In this document: piece by piece, positions 1-8,685 of the stretch
Numbering within the stretch: the stretch's first letter is position 1
Layout of the letters: every line of letters starts with the position of its first letter
Position numbers and translations under genes: made by a program
Assembly (NCBI GenBank): GCA_964639785.1
Contig: CAZXEE010000001.1
Span: 115,832-179,831 of the forward strand
Direction of reading: 5' to 3'
DNA: 64,000 nt
Origin: an uncultured Gammaproteobacteria bacterium
GTDB taxonomy: Bacteria; Patescibacteriota; Patescibacteriia; Patescibacteriales; UBA12465
Notes under the pieces: generated by a model
What the model was told of the DNA's origin: nothing
What the model saw: only the letters and a program-made list of their open reading frames with translations
Database searches by the model: none

Positions 1-806
1 ATTCCCAAGTCATGGCTTGGATGCTGGATGAATTTGAGAAGAAAGTCGGCCACCATGAACCAGGTATGATTACCGGCAAGCCGATTGAATTAGGTGGATC
101 AGTTTTGCGCGGCGATGCGACTGCTCGCGGCGGCTATATCGTTATCAAAGAGATGGCTAAGACCATCTTGGGGGCTGACCAAGGATTGAAAGTTTCAGTC
201 CAAGGTTTCGGCAATGCCGGATTGAATATCGCTTCGATGTTGGCGGCTGATGGTTTCAAGATCGTGGCGGTCAGTGACAGCAAGGGTGGTGTTTATGATG
301 AGAACGGATTAGATATCCCTCGCTTAGTCGGTATTAAAGAGAACGGCGGCACCGTCCAGGAATTAGAATCAGCCAAGAAGATTACCAATGAAGAATTATT
401 GGAAACTCCAGCTGATATTATGATCTTAGCAGCTTTGGAAAACCAGATTACAGCTGCTAATGCTGAGCGCGTTTCAGCTCGCTGCATCGTTGAATTGGCC
501 AATGGCCCGATAGATTATGCGGCCGACAAGATCCTGTTTAACAAAGGTATTATGGTCGTTCCAGATATCTTGGCAAATTCCGGCGGCGTAATCGTCAGCT
601 ATTTTGAATGGAGCCAGAATCGGACCGGCAATATCTTGGACAACGATTATCTGAGTGACTTATTGGTGAAGAAAATGAAGTCTTCTTGGGAAGCGGTCTA
701 TGCAAAGTTCCAGGAAAAAGAGTCTAAGATCGATTTGCGCTTAGCCGCTTATACCATTGCTATTAACCGAATCTTGGCTGCGGAAAAATATCGCGGCCGG
801 ATCTAA
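1..806 (+). CDS. gdhA: Glutamate (Glu/Leu/Phe/Val-family) dehydrogenase, C-terminal part; 5' end lies outside the window
   Basis: The reading frame is open to the window start. It carries GKPIELGGS..RGDATARG and the QGFGNAG dinucleotide-binding motif typical of the GDH NAD(P)-binding domain. Confidence 0.88.
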   Translation, partial: SQVMAWMLDEFEKKVGHHEPGMITGKPIELGGSVLRGDATARGGYIVIKEMAKTILGADQGLKVSVQGFGNAGLNIASMLAADGFKIVAVSDSKGGVYDENGLDIPRLVGIKENGGTVQELESAKKITNEELLETPADIMILAALENQITAANAERVSARCIVELANGPIDYAADKILFNKGIMVVPDILANSGGVIVSYFEWSQNRTGNILDNDYLSDLLVKKMKSSWEAVYAKFQEKESKIDLRLAAYTIAINRILAAEKYRGRI

Positions 807-815
807 ACATCATTT

Positions 816-1736
816 ATGAATTACGATTTACTTATCATCGGAGCCGGACCAGCCGGATTTTCCGCTTCGGTCTATGCCTCCCGGTACAAGATCAGTCATG
901 CTATCTTGGGAGAGCTTCCGGGCGGATTGATGGCCGAGGCTCATAAGATTTGCAATTTTCCTTCAGAAGTAGAGGTTAATGGTTTTGATCTGACCATGAA
1001 GATGAAAGCTCATGTCGACAGTTTCGGAACCGAAACTATTTTGGAAAAAGTAACGGCCATTGAAAAGGCTGGCGACCTATTTTCAGTCAAGACGGTAAAC
1101 GGCAAGGAATTAACAGCCAAGACTATCTTGTTGGCTACTGGTACGGTCCATAATCATTTGGGGCTGCCGGAAGAAAGCCGTTTTGTCGGCCATGGCGTTT
1201 CATATTGTGCTACTTGCGATGCCATGTTCTTCAAGGGGAAGACAGTAGCGGTCGTCGGCGGCGGCAACAGCGCTTTGACAGCCGCTTTGTATTTAGCTGA
1301 GGTGGCCGAGAAGGTTTATCTGATTGTTCGCAATGACCAGTTCAATGGTGAAATGGTCTGGGTGGAGTCAGTTAAGAATAATCCGAAGATCGAAATCATT
1401 TTTAATAGCAGCGTTGTCGGCCTGGAAGGAAGTGAAAGATTGGAATCAATAAAGTTAAGCCAGGAATATAATGGCAGCAATAATTTGGCTGTAACCGGCT
1501 TGTTCGTCGAGATCGGTTCTAGGCCGGATACCTCTTGGTTCAGTAATCTGGGAGTAGCAATCGACCAGTCTGGTTATATACAGGTTAATGCCGATCAGTC
1601 TACCAACCAGGAGAGAGTTTGGGCAGCAGGAGATATCACTAATGCTTCCAACGGTTTGCGCCAGATCATTACAGCCTGTTCTGAAGGAGCGATAGCGGCG
1701 GCCGGAGTGTTCCAGTATTTACAGCAGAATAAGTAA
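816..1736 (+). CDS. trxB: Thioredoxin-disulfide reductase
   Basis: 306 aa with an N-terminal GAGPAG FAD motif, the redox-active CATCD motif and a GGGNSA NADPH motif. Confidence 0.9.
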   Translation: MNYDLLIIGAGPAGFSASVYASRYKISHAILGELPGGLMAEAHKICNFPSEVEVNGFDLTMKMKAHVDSFGTETILEKVTAIEKAGDLFSVKTVNGKELTAKTILLATGTVHNHLGLPEESRFVGHGVSYCATCDAMFFKGKTVAVVGGGNSALTAALYLAEVAEKVYLIVRNDQFNGEMVWVESVKNNPKIEIIFNSSVVGLEGSERLESIKLSQEYNGSNNLAVTGLFVEIGSRPDTSWFSNLGVAIDQSGYIQVNADQSTNQERVWAAGDITNASNGLRQIITACSEGAIAAAGVFQYLQQNK

Positions 1737-1743
1737 TTTTATA

Positions 1744-1772
1744 AAAAATAAGGGAATTTTCCCTTATTTTTT
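1744..1772 (+). terminator. Rho-independent terminator after trxB
   Basis: The stem aataaggga / tcccttatt (1747-1755 / 1760-1768) has a 4-nt loop and is followed by a T-run. Confidence 0.7.
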
Positions 1773-1834
1773 GATTTATTCTTTTGGATTGTAGAATTTT
1801 TTGTTATAATTAAATTAATGATTAATTATTTTTT

Positions 1835-3316
1835 ATGATTAAAAAATCCGCTTTTACTCTTATTGAGCTCTTGGTGGTCATTGCCATTATTGGCATTTTA
1901 GCAACTATTTCTGTTGTTACTCTTTCAAATGCTCGGGCTAAGTCACGAGATGCTAAAAGAGTGGCCGACATGAAACAGGTTCAAACTGCTTTGGAGTTGT
2001 TTTTTAATGATAAGGGGCGGTATCCGACCGTTGATGAATTTAATTCTGGCTCTATATTTTCTACTTCTACTCTGGGAACGTCTACTTATATGCAGGTTGT
2101 TCCGAATGCTCCAGCGCCGGCTGATGGGTCTTGCACTAATGGTCAGAACGGGTTTTTTTATAGCCAGACCGATGATGGCAATTCTTATACTATTTCTTTC
2201 TGTCTGGGTAATGTTGTCGGGAACTTAGTTTCTGGGTCTAAATGTCTGACTCCTAATGGAGTGGCCGATGTTTATTGTGGTCCTTCTTGCTTGGTAGATC
2301 CAGAGGGTTGTTCTTGGCAGCTTGTTGGTTTAGCCGGTTTTTCTAGCGGAGGCGTTTCTGAAATTAATTTATTGGTTGACAATGGCATGCCATATGTCTC
2401 TTATTCTGATGCTTTTCGTTCTTCAAAGGCTACAGTCATGAAATATAATGGTTCGGATTGGGAATCGGTTGGAGCTCCGGGGTTTTCAGCTGGCATAGCT
2501 CAACATCCTTCTCTGGCTATTTATAATAATGTGCCCTATTTAGGTTATCGTGACCACGGCAATAATTCTAAGGCTACAGTCATGAAATATAATGGTTCGG
2601 ATTGGGAACCAGTCGGAACCACAGGGTTTTCGGCCGGTATAGCGGAATATCCAGTGTTAAGAATTTATAATGGTACGCCTTACCTAGCTTATTCTGACCA
2701 ACTTACATATTGGAAGGCTACAGTCATGAAATATAATGGTTCGACTTGGGAACCAGTCGGAACCACAGGGTTTTCGGCCGGCGGTACTGGCTATGAAGAT
2801 ATGGCGATTGATAGTGCTGGCACGCTTTATGTTTCTTTTTTTGATGATGTAAACTCTTGGAAGGCTACAGTCATGAAATATAATGGTTCGGCTTGGGAAT
2901 ATGTCGGATCTCCCGGAATTTCTGTTGGCGGCTCTTATCCTTCGTTAAGTATAAGCGAGAATGTCCCGTATCTTAGTTATGCCGATGAAGGTCTTTCTAA
3001 TGGTTTGGCAGTCAAGAGATATAACGGATCGGCTTGGGAATATGTCGGTGACACTAATTTTACACCAGGTACCGCCGCGTTTTATTCGTCTTTTTCTTAT
3101 GATGAAATACCCTATGTGGTTTTTATGGACTTTCAAAATTCCAATCGCCTTACGGTTATGAGATATAATGAATCAGGTTGGGAATTTGTAGGTGGTCCGG
3201 GGTTTTCATCGGTTCAGGCGTCTAAGGCCGTTTTATATATAGAGGATGGCAATTTGTACGTTGCTTATATTAGTAATGATGATTCAAAAATTTCAGTTAT
3301 GGAATTTACTCGTTAA
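1835..3316 (+). CDS. Type IV pilin-like protein: prepilin N-terminal methylation/cleavage helix fused to a repeat (beta-propeller-like) domain
   Basis: The N-terminus MIKKSAFTLIELLVVIAIIGILA is the class III signal/prepilin motif with Glu at +5. It is followed by at least 6 repeats of about 48 aa with the motif KATVMKYNGSxWExVG..GFS.G. Confidence 0.8.
   Translation: MIKKSAFTLIELLVVIAIIGILATISVVTLSNARAKSRDAKRVADMKQVQTALELFFNDKGRYPTVDEFNSGSIFSTSTLGTSTYMQVVPNAPAPADGSCTNGQNGFFYSQTDDGNSYTISFCLGNVVGNLVSGSKCLTPNGVADVYCGPSCLVDPEGCSWQLVGLAGFSSGGVSEINLLVDNGMPYVSYSDAFRSSKATVMKYNGSDWESVGAPGFSAGIAQHPSLAIYNNVPYLGYRDHGNNSKATVMKYNGSDWEPVGTTGFSAGIAEYPVLRIYNGTPYLAYSDQLTYWKATVMKYNGSTWEPVGTTGFSAGGTGYEDMAIDSAGTLYVSFFDDVNSWKATVMKYNGSAWEYVGSPGISVGGSYPSLSISENVPYLSYADEGLSNGLAVKRYNGSAWEYVGDTNFTPGTAAFYSSFSYDEIPYVVFMDFQNSNRLTVMRYNESGWEFVGGPGFSSVQASKAVLYIEDGNLYVAYISNDDSKISVMEFTR
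2426..3196 (+). repeat. Coding tandem repeat with 144/147-nt period inside the pilin-like gene
   Basis: The 30-nt string aaggctacagtcatgaaatataatggttcg recurs identically at 2426, 2570, 2714 and 2861. Two further degenerate copies lie near 3005 and 3150. Confidence 0.9.
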
Positions 3317-3335
3317 TTTTTTTTGGATAAGGAAA

Positions 3336-3366
3336 ACAAAAAAACAGGGTAATACCCTGTTTTTTG
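3336..3366. terminator. Bidirectional rho-independent terminator between convergent genes
   Basis: The stem acagggt / accctgt (3344-3350 / 3354-3360) is flanked by an A-run upstream and a T-run downstream. Confidence 0.7.
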
Positions 3367-3388
3367 TTATATCAGATTGTTGTGCTGA

Positions 3389-4360
3389 TTAATTGCAGCT
3401 AGCAGCTGATCCGGAATTATCAGTTCCACTACCGAAACCGGCAGAAGGAGAAGTGGTGTCCATAGCTTTCTTACATTCTTCTGGAGCATTCTCGAAGCCA
3501 GCGCAGATGGAATTCATCAAGCTCTGAGGATCGCGTCCGCTCTGTGATTCAGCGCCATTGATGATCAAGGTTGGGGAACCGCCGACATTATATTTGCTGT
3601 TATCTTCCTGGAAGACAGCGAAAGCCGGGTAGCTACCTTTGTAATCAACTTTATTCTTGAAATTCTCGGTAACTTTGTATTGCTTGTCAGTCTTGTCGAC
3701 ACAAGTCTTTAATTTAGCAGTGTCGATCTTGGCCTGCTTTAAGCAGCCTTCGCCATCGCCGGCGTTCAAGAAACATTTCAAGTAAGTATTGTACTTATCG
3801 CCCTGTTCCTTATTGATACAGTATTGGTTCAATTCTTCTTTCAATTCTTTCTCGCCATGCATAGCATAGTCGCAGAACTTGATTTTGAAATCAATCTTGC
3901 TGCCTAAAGCTTCGACTACCGGCAAGATACCTTTTTCGATCTGAGTGCCGTATGGGCAATGGCTCATGACGAATAATTCGACCACTGGCTTAGCAGTCTT
4001 AGGAACTTCGGTCGGAGCAGAGGCTTCAGCCTGAGGGGTGTCGGTAGCTGGTTCAGCGGTTTTCATTTCCAAAGCCTGGGGAAATAATTTGGAACCATCC
4101 TTGGTCATGTAGGAATCGATAATCTGGCCGGAACCGATGTTGACGGAAAGTTTGTATAATCCGTTTTCTTCAACAACCTTATCGATGGTAGCTTTGCTTC
4201 CGCTAGCCATCAAGTTTTCGTTGATGTATTTTTCGGCTACAGCTTTAGCTTCATCCGGGCTAAGTTTCTTAGCGAAGGTAGCATTAAGGTTGGAGCTGCA
4301 ACCCGACAGGGTGATGGCAACAGTCAGGACCAATGCCATCAAAAAAGCATTTTTTCTCAT
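3389..4360 (-). CDS. Secreted lipoprotein with thioredoxin/DsbA-like fold (monothiol CPYG motif)
   Basis: It has a signal peptide with lipobox LSGC. The segment VELFVMSHCPYGTQ resembles a thioredoxin-fold active site with the second Cys replaced by Gly. Several further Cys are present. Confidence 0.55.
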   Translation of the reverse strand: MRKNAFLMALVLTVAITLSGCSSNLNATFAKKLSPDEAKAVAEKYINENLMASGSKATIDKVVEENGLYKLSVNIGSGQIIDSYMTKDGSKLFPQALEMKTAEPATDTPQAEASAPTEVPKTAKPVVELFVMSHCPYGTQIEKGILPVVEALGSKIDFKIKFCDYAMHGEKELKEELNQYCINKEQGDKYNTYLKCFLNAGDGEGCLKQAKIDTAKLKTCVDKTDKQYKVTENFKNKVDYKGSYPAFAVFQEDNSKYNVGGSPTLIINGAESQSGRDPQSLMNSICAGFENAPEECKKAMDTTSPSAGFGSGTDNSGSAASCN

Positions 4361-4468
4361 AGTTTTTTAGTATTGCTGCCGCCAAGTAAGGTTGGTCTGG
4401 GCAGTAATTATTTATTATTATTTTTGAAACGCTATTAGATTATAGCAAAGATTTTAACCTAATTCAAC

Positions 4469-5188
4469 TTATTTGATTTTAGCCAAGAATTGGCTCAGGT
4501 CGTCTGGCAGGCCGACAGAGAAGCTCTGTCTGGCTCCGTTCAAGTCATCGAACTCCAGATGGGTGGAGGTCAGGAATACCCGGCCCAGGTCATATTTCTT
4601 GTTCTTGATCTTGGATTGCTTGTTGCAATACAGGTTGTCGCCGACAATCGGATAGCCGTAGGCATGGAGATGGACTCTGATCTGATGGGTGCGGCCGGTT
4701 TTGATAGTAACTTTTAGTAATGTGAAGTTGATAAGTTTCTTGATGACAGAAAAAGCGGTAGCCGCCCGGCGGACTTTTTCATCCTCATTCTCTTCGCTGA
4801 AATTTTTTGGCACAGCTGCCATCTTATAGCCTTTAGTAGACCGTTTGATCGGGAAGTCGATCTCATCCTCATCTTTCAATACTTTGCCATAGACGAGCGC
4901 GGTGTATTCCTTGGTGGTTTTTCGACTCTTGAATTGTTCCTTCAAGCTTTCATAGCTATTTTGATTTTTGGCGATAACCATCAAACCGCTGACATCCTTA
5001 TCAAGCCGATGCATGATGCCTGGACGTTCTAGGTCTTCTCCGATGCGGCCGATTTCCGGATATTTTTCCAGAAGCCAATCGACTAGCGTTTTTTCTTTAA
5101 TGTGCGGCGCTCCGTGCACCAAAAGGCCAGCCGGTTTGTTGATAACCAGATAATCTTTGGTGTCGGCGATGATTTCAATATTATTCAT
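4469..5188 (-). CDS. RluA-family pseudouridine synthase
   Basis: The catalytic motif HRLDKDVSGLMV is present, along with the C-terminal GRTHQIRVHL motif. There is no S4 domain. Confidence 0.85.
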   Translation of the reverse strand: MNNIEIIADTKDYLVINKPAGLLVHGAPHIKEKTLVDWLLEKYPEIGRIGEDLERPGIMHRLDKDVSGLMVIAKNQNSYESLKEQFKSRKTTKEYTALVYGKVLKDEDEIDFPIKRSTKGYKMAAVPKNFSEENEDEKVRRAATAFSVIKKLINFTLLKVTIKTGRTHQIRVHLHAYGYPIVGDNLYCNKQSKIKNKKYDLGRVFLTSTHLEFDDLNGARQSFSVGLPDDLSQFLAKIK

Positions 5189-5192
5189 ATTT

Positions 5193-6662
5193 TTATTTAT
5201 TTTCTAAAATAGTGGCGCTTGGTTTCCTAGATTTCGGTAGAAATAGTTTTAGGTCTTCCCGGCTGATTGCTTTCAAGGCCAGTAAGGCTAGGGCATAGAT
5301 GATAGTGGCAGCCGTAACGGTAATTAGGAGCCCTAATCTACTGGATGAAAAATCTCCTGGCAAGAAGCAGAGCGCTACGCCCATAAACATTGAAGCCATG
5401 AAGGCTTTGCGGCTGATCTTGGAGTTTAAGGAAACATTAGTATACTTCTTAGCGTAATACGCAGCAAAAAGCAATATGGCTAGCTCGCTGTAAATAGTGG
5501 TCCAGGCAGCGCCCAAATAGGAATATTTCGGGATAAATATCAGATAGCCGGCCAGGGCTGTGATACTGGTGAAGATATAGCCTCCGATAATCTTCTTTTG
5601 CTTGTCGACGGCGATGATGGCGTGGGAGAACATGCAGCCGATAAAGATGATGGCTGCGGCCAAGATCAATATCTTCAAGATTTCTCCGGCGGCTGCGAAC
5701 TCCGGTCCGGCGATCAGGACCATGATATCCTTGGCGATGAATTGGGTTCCGACAACCATCGGCAGGGCTAGGATGATCATGAAGTCTAAAGATCTCTGGA
5801 AGACTTTTTGGAAATGCTCCTTGTCTTTCTTGATCCAATCGGCTGTCAGGATCGGCAGGATGATACCGGCAAACATGAAAGGTACGGTTACTAGCACGTC
5901 GATTATTTTATAGACGGAACCGTAGATACCGACTTCGGTCGAACTTTTGACTAAGGATAAGATCAGGGTATCAGCTTTTAAGTAGATTAGGTTGAAGGCG
6001 ATGGTAATAGCCAAAGGCCAGGATTTCTTGGCGATTTCTCGCCAGATTTTTTTGTCGTATTCTAATTTTAAGTGGATGAATCGGCGGGAAAGACAGAATT
6101 GGATGCCGAAGCTGATAGCTGAAGAGAGGACGCTGACCCAGAGGATGGCCATTAAGCCGCCATTGAAATAAGCAATCAGGACGATACCAAGTAAGAGAGC
6201 TACTCGGCTGATGATTTCCGCCCAGACTGATTTGTTCATCGTCAGTCTTTTTTGGAAGATGCCGGTCATGATCTGGTTTAGGGCAACGAAGAGAAAGGAG
6301 AAAGCGGAAATCAAGACGCCGAGCTTGATACTGCTGTTATAAGGAAAGAAGAGGACGATGATCGGCCCTAGGCCCAAGAAGATAGCGGCGGATAAGAGTC
6401 TCAGGGCTAATAGGTTATTCAATATTTTATTCTCGTCTGCTTGCGGGTCGCTGATCATCTGGACCGTTACTAAAGTCAATCCCAGGTCGGCGATAATGGC
6501 GAAAAAGGAAATAAAGGTAAAGATAGTGGTATATTCACCGAATCCGGCGGCGCCGAGATAACGGGTCATAACCGCCAGGGCCAACAGTCCTAGGATGGTG
6601 GAAACTATCTTGCCAAAGATCTGGATTGAGGTGTTTTGGGCGATTTTTTTTGATAAGCTCAT
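5193..6662 (-). CDS. Polysaccharide/oligosaccharide flippase of the MOP (Wzx-like) superfamily
   Basis: 489 aa and highly hydrophobic, with multiple predicted TM helices. The N-terminal region is typical of polysaccharide biosynthesis proteins. It lies 4 nt upstream of the RluA-family gene. Confidence 0.65.
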   Translation of the reverse strand: MSLSKKIAQNTSIQIFGKIVSTILGLLALAVMTRYLGAAGFGEYTTIFTFISFFAIIADLGLTLVTVQMISDPQADENKILNNLLALRLLSAAIFLGLGPIIVLFFPYNSSIKLGVLISAFSFLFVALNQIMTGIFQKRLTMNKSVWAEIISRVALLLGIVLIAYFNGGLMAILWVSVLSSAISFGIQFCLSRRFIHLKLEYDKKIWREIAKKSWPLAITIAFNLIYLKADTLILSLVKSSTEVGIYGSVYKIIDVLVTVPFMFAGIILPILTADWIKKDKEHFQKVFQRSLDFMIILALPMVVGTQFIAKDIMVLIAGPEFAAAGEILKILILAAAIIFIGCMFSHAIIAVDKQKKIIGGYIFTSITALAGYLIFIPKYSYLGAAWTTIYSELAILLFAAYYAKKYTNVSLNSKISRKAFMASMFMGVALCFLPGDFSSSRLGLLITVTAATIIYALALLALKAISREDLKLFLPKSRKPSATILENK

Positions 6663-6739
6663 GTTATTGGTTGTTTTTCAATTTATTATCATGTATAATG
6701 GAAGTAATCAATTTGATTATAACATAATATAACCAAGAT

Positions 6740-7225
6740 ATGAAAATTAACAAAAAACAAATATTTTCTGCTTTGATCTTGAGCTTCGCCTTTTTAGTCA
6801 TGGCAGCTGTTACTCAAGTGCAGGCGGCCACCGCTCCACAAGCTGGATCAGCTTGGAATAACCAAATCGGAATGGAAGAAATCGGGGCTGAATATGGCGA
6901 GACCACTTCATCCGCTGATAATTTGATCACGATCATTATCAGGATCATTGACGTAGCTTTATGGTTTTTGGCTATAATCTTTGTGGTCTTATTCATTTTT
7001 AGCGGTTATCAGTGGATGATGGCCGGCGGCAATGAAGACACTATTGAAAAGTCTAAAGCCCGCATGAAGAATGCCATTATCGGCCTAGTAATCGTCTTGG
7101 TGTCTTGGGCCATTACTACCTTTGTCATTTACAGGGTATTGTATGTCGTATCAGGTAACCCATCCTACCTTACTGAATATAATAATTATTTTACTTCTAA
7201 TTCGGGTAATCCAAGCCATCAATAA
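6740..7225 (+). CDS. Stand-alone VirB2/TrbC-like (T4SS-pilin-like) small membrane protein
   Basis: A signal peptide (..VQA/AT) is followed by two hydrophobic helices separated by the short polar loop GGNEDTIEKSKARMKN. The architecture matches the N-terminal modules of the proteins at 29799-31049, 31981-33372 and 33408-34544. Confidence 0.6.
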   Translation: MKINKKQIFSALILSFAFLVMAAVTQVQAATAPQAGSAWNNQIGMEEIGAEYGETTSSADNLITIIIRIIDVALWFLAIIFVVLFIFSGYQWMMAGGNEDTIEKSKARMKNAIIGLVIVLVSWAITTFVIYRVLYVVSGNPSYLTEYNNYFTSNSGNPSHQ

Positions 7226-7247
7226 TTTTTAATCTTTGGTATTTTAT

Positions 7248-7285
7248 AAATGCCGCAATCTGAGATGATTGTGGCATTTATTTTT
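7248..7285 (+). terminator. Rho-independent terminator
   Basis: The stem aaatgccgcaatc / gattgtggcattt (one G-U pair) has a 6-nt loop and is followed by a T-run. Confidence 0.7.
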
Positions 7286-7292
7286 GGAATAG

Positions 7293-8657
7293 ATGAATAA
7301 TAAAAAAATGAAAATATTTTGGTTGAGCGCTGAAGTTGCCCCCATCGTTAAGGTGGGAGGCCTAGGGGATGTGGCAGGAGCCTTGCCTAAATCTTTGATC
7401 AAGAAAGGCGTTGATATCCGATTGTCCTTGCCCTATTATGGTTCAATCAAGACTCCAGCTAAGTTGGTCTTGCGGAATTTGAAGATGTCTTGGAATGATA
7501 AGGATATTTCTTTTAATGTCTATTTGGCATTTATTCCGGGAACAAAGATCCCAGTCTATTTAATTAAGCATCCGATATTTGCCGGTCCTAAAGTCTATCC
7601 GGAAAAGGAAGGAATTGAACGTTTTTCTTTTTGGACTAAAGCTTCTCTGACTTTAATTACCGCCCTGAATTTTATCCCGGATATTATCCATCTTCATGAT
7701 TGGCACGCCGCTTTGGCGGCTCAGTATTTGCCGGAATTCAAGGCTGAGTATCCGGCTGTTTTTTCTAAGGTTAAGGTCTTATACACTATCCATAACCTGG
7801 CTAATCAAGGCTATCGGCCGAAAGATAAAAAGAATCCGATGATAGAGGGAATCAAGTCGGCTGATTATTTGAATACGGTCAGTCCTTCTTATGCCAAAGA
7901 GATCCTAACTAAGGAATATGGCGCCGGGCTGGAAAAGTTCTTGTCAGCTAAGAAGAAAAGATTGTCCGGTATCTTAAATGGTATCGATGTTCAGTTATTC
8001 GATCCGAAGACTGATCCGAATCTGGAATTCCATTATTCTTCCAAAAAATTGACTGGAAAGGTTAAGGAAAAAGCTGCTTTGCAGAAATCTCTCGGTTTGG
8101 ATGTTGATAATAATCGGCCGCTTTTAGCCTTTATCGCTCGTTTGAGCTGGCAGAAAGGGGTTGAGTTATTTTCTTTTGATCTGATGGATAAGGCTATCAA
8201 GGATTATGGAGCCCAATTCGTTTTCTTGGGCGATGGCGATGAAAAATATCGGAAGCATCTGACTAGGTTGGCTCGGAAACATCCTCACTCTATTAAAACT
8301 TTTTTTAAACTGGACTTGTCTTTAGCCCAAAGATTATATGCAGCTTCTGATTTTTTCCTGGTGCCTTCTCGCTTCGAGCCTTGCGGTTTGACTCAGATGA
8401 TGGCAATGCGCTATGGTTCTTTACCGATAGTCAGGTCGGTGGGAGGATTGAAAGATACAGTTGATAGTTCGGTCGGTTATCGTTTTCAAGACTATTCGCC
8501 CGAAGCGTTAAAGATTATTATTCTGAAAGCTCTGACAGATTTTTCCCAGCGTCCGGAACTCATTGCCCAAAAGCAGCGGAAGGGGATGATGCAGGATTTT
8601 TCTTGGAAGGCGGCGGCGGAGCAATATTTTAAATTGTATCGAAAGATGGTAAAATAA
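7293..8657 (+). CDS. glgA: Glycogen/starch synthase (GT5)
   Basis: It has the N-terminal KVGGLGDV motif and the C-terminal SRFEPCGL motif. Confidence 0.88.
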   Translation: MNNKKMKIFWLSAEVAPIVKVGGLGDVAGALPKSLIKKGVDIRLSLPYYGSIKTPAKLVLRNLKMSWNDKDISFNVYLAFIPGTKIPVYLIKHPIFAGPKVYPEKEGIERFSFWTKASLTLITALNFIPDIIHLHDWHAALAAQYLPEFKAEYPAVFSKVKVLYTIHNLANQGYRPKDKKNPMIEGIKSADYLNTVSPSYAKEILTKEYGAGLEKFLSAKKKRLSGILNGIDVQLFDPKTDPNLEFHYSSKKLTGKVKEKAALQKSLGLDVDNNRPLLAFIARLSWQKGVELFSFDLMDKAIKDYGAQFVFLGDGDEKYRKHLTRLARKHPHSIKTFFKLDLSLAQRLYAASDFFLVPSRFEPCGLTQMMAMRYGSLPIVRSVGGLKDTVDSSVGYRFQDYSPEALKIIILKALTDFSQRPELIAQKQRKGMMQDFSWKAAAEQYFKLYRKMVK

Positions 8658-8685
8658 GAATAGTGGACTAAAATATTCAATTTAT

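Noticed and set aside
2426-3196. A regularly spaced repeat that could be mistaken for a CRISPR-like array.
   Set aside because: The period is 144-147 nt and lies entirely inside one reading frame, encoding protein repeats. There is no repeat/spacer organisation and no cas genes.
5449-5838. A 129-aa same-strand alternative-frame ORF and a 103-aa plus-strand ORF lie inside the flippase gene.
   Set aside because: The Arg/His/Pro-rich translation is typical of an out-of-frame reading of a membrane-protein gene.
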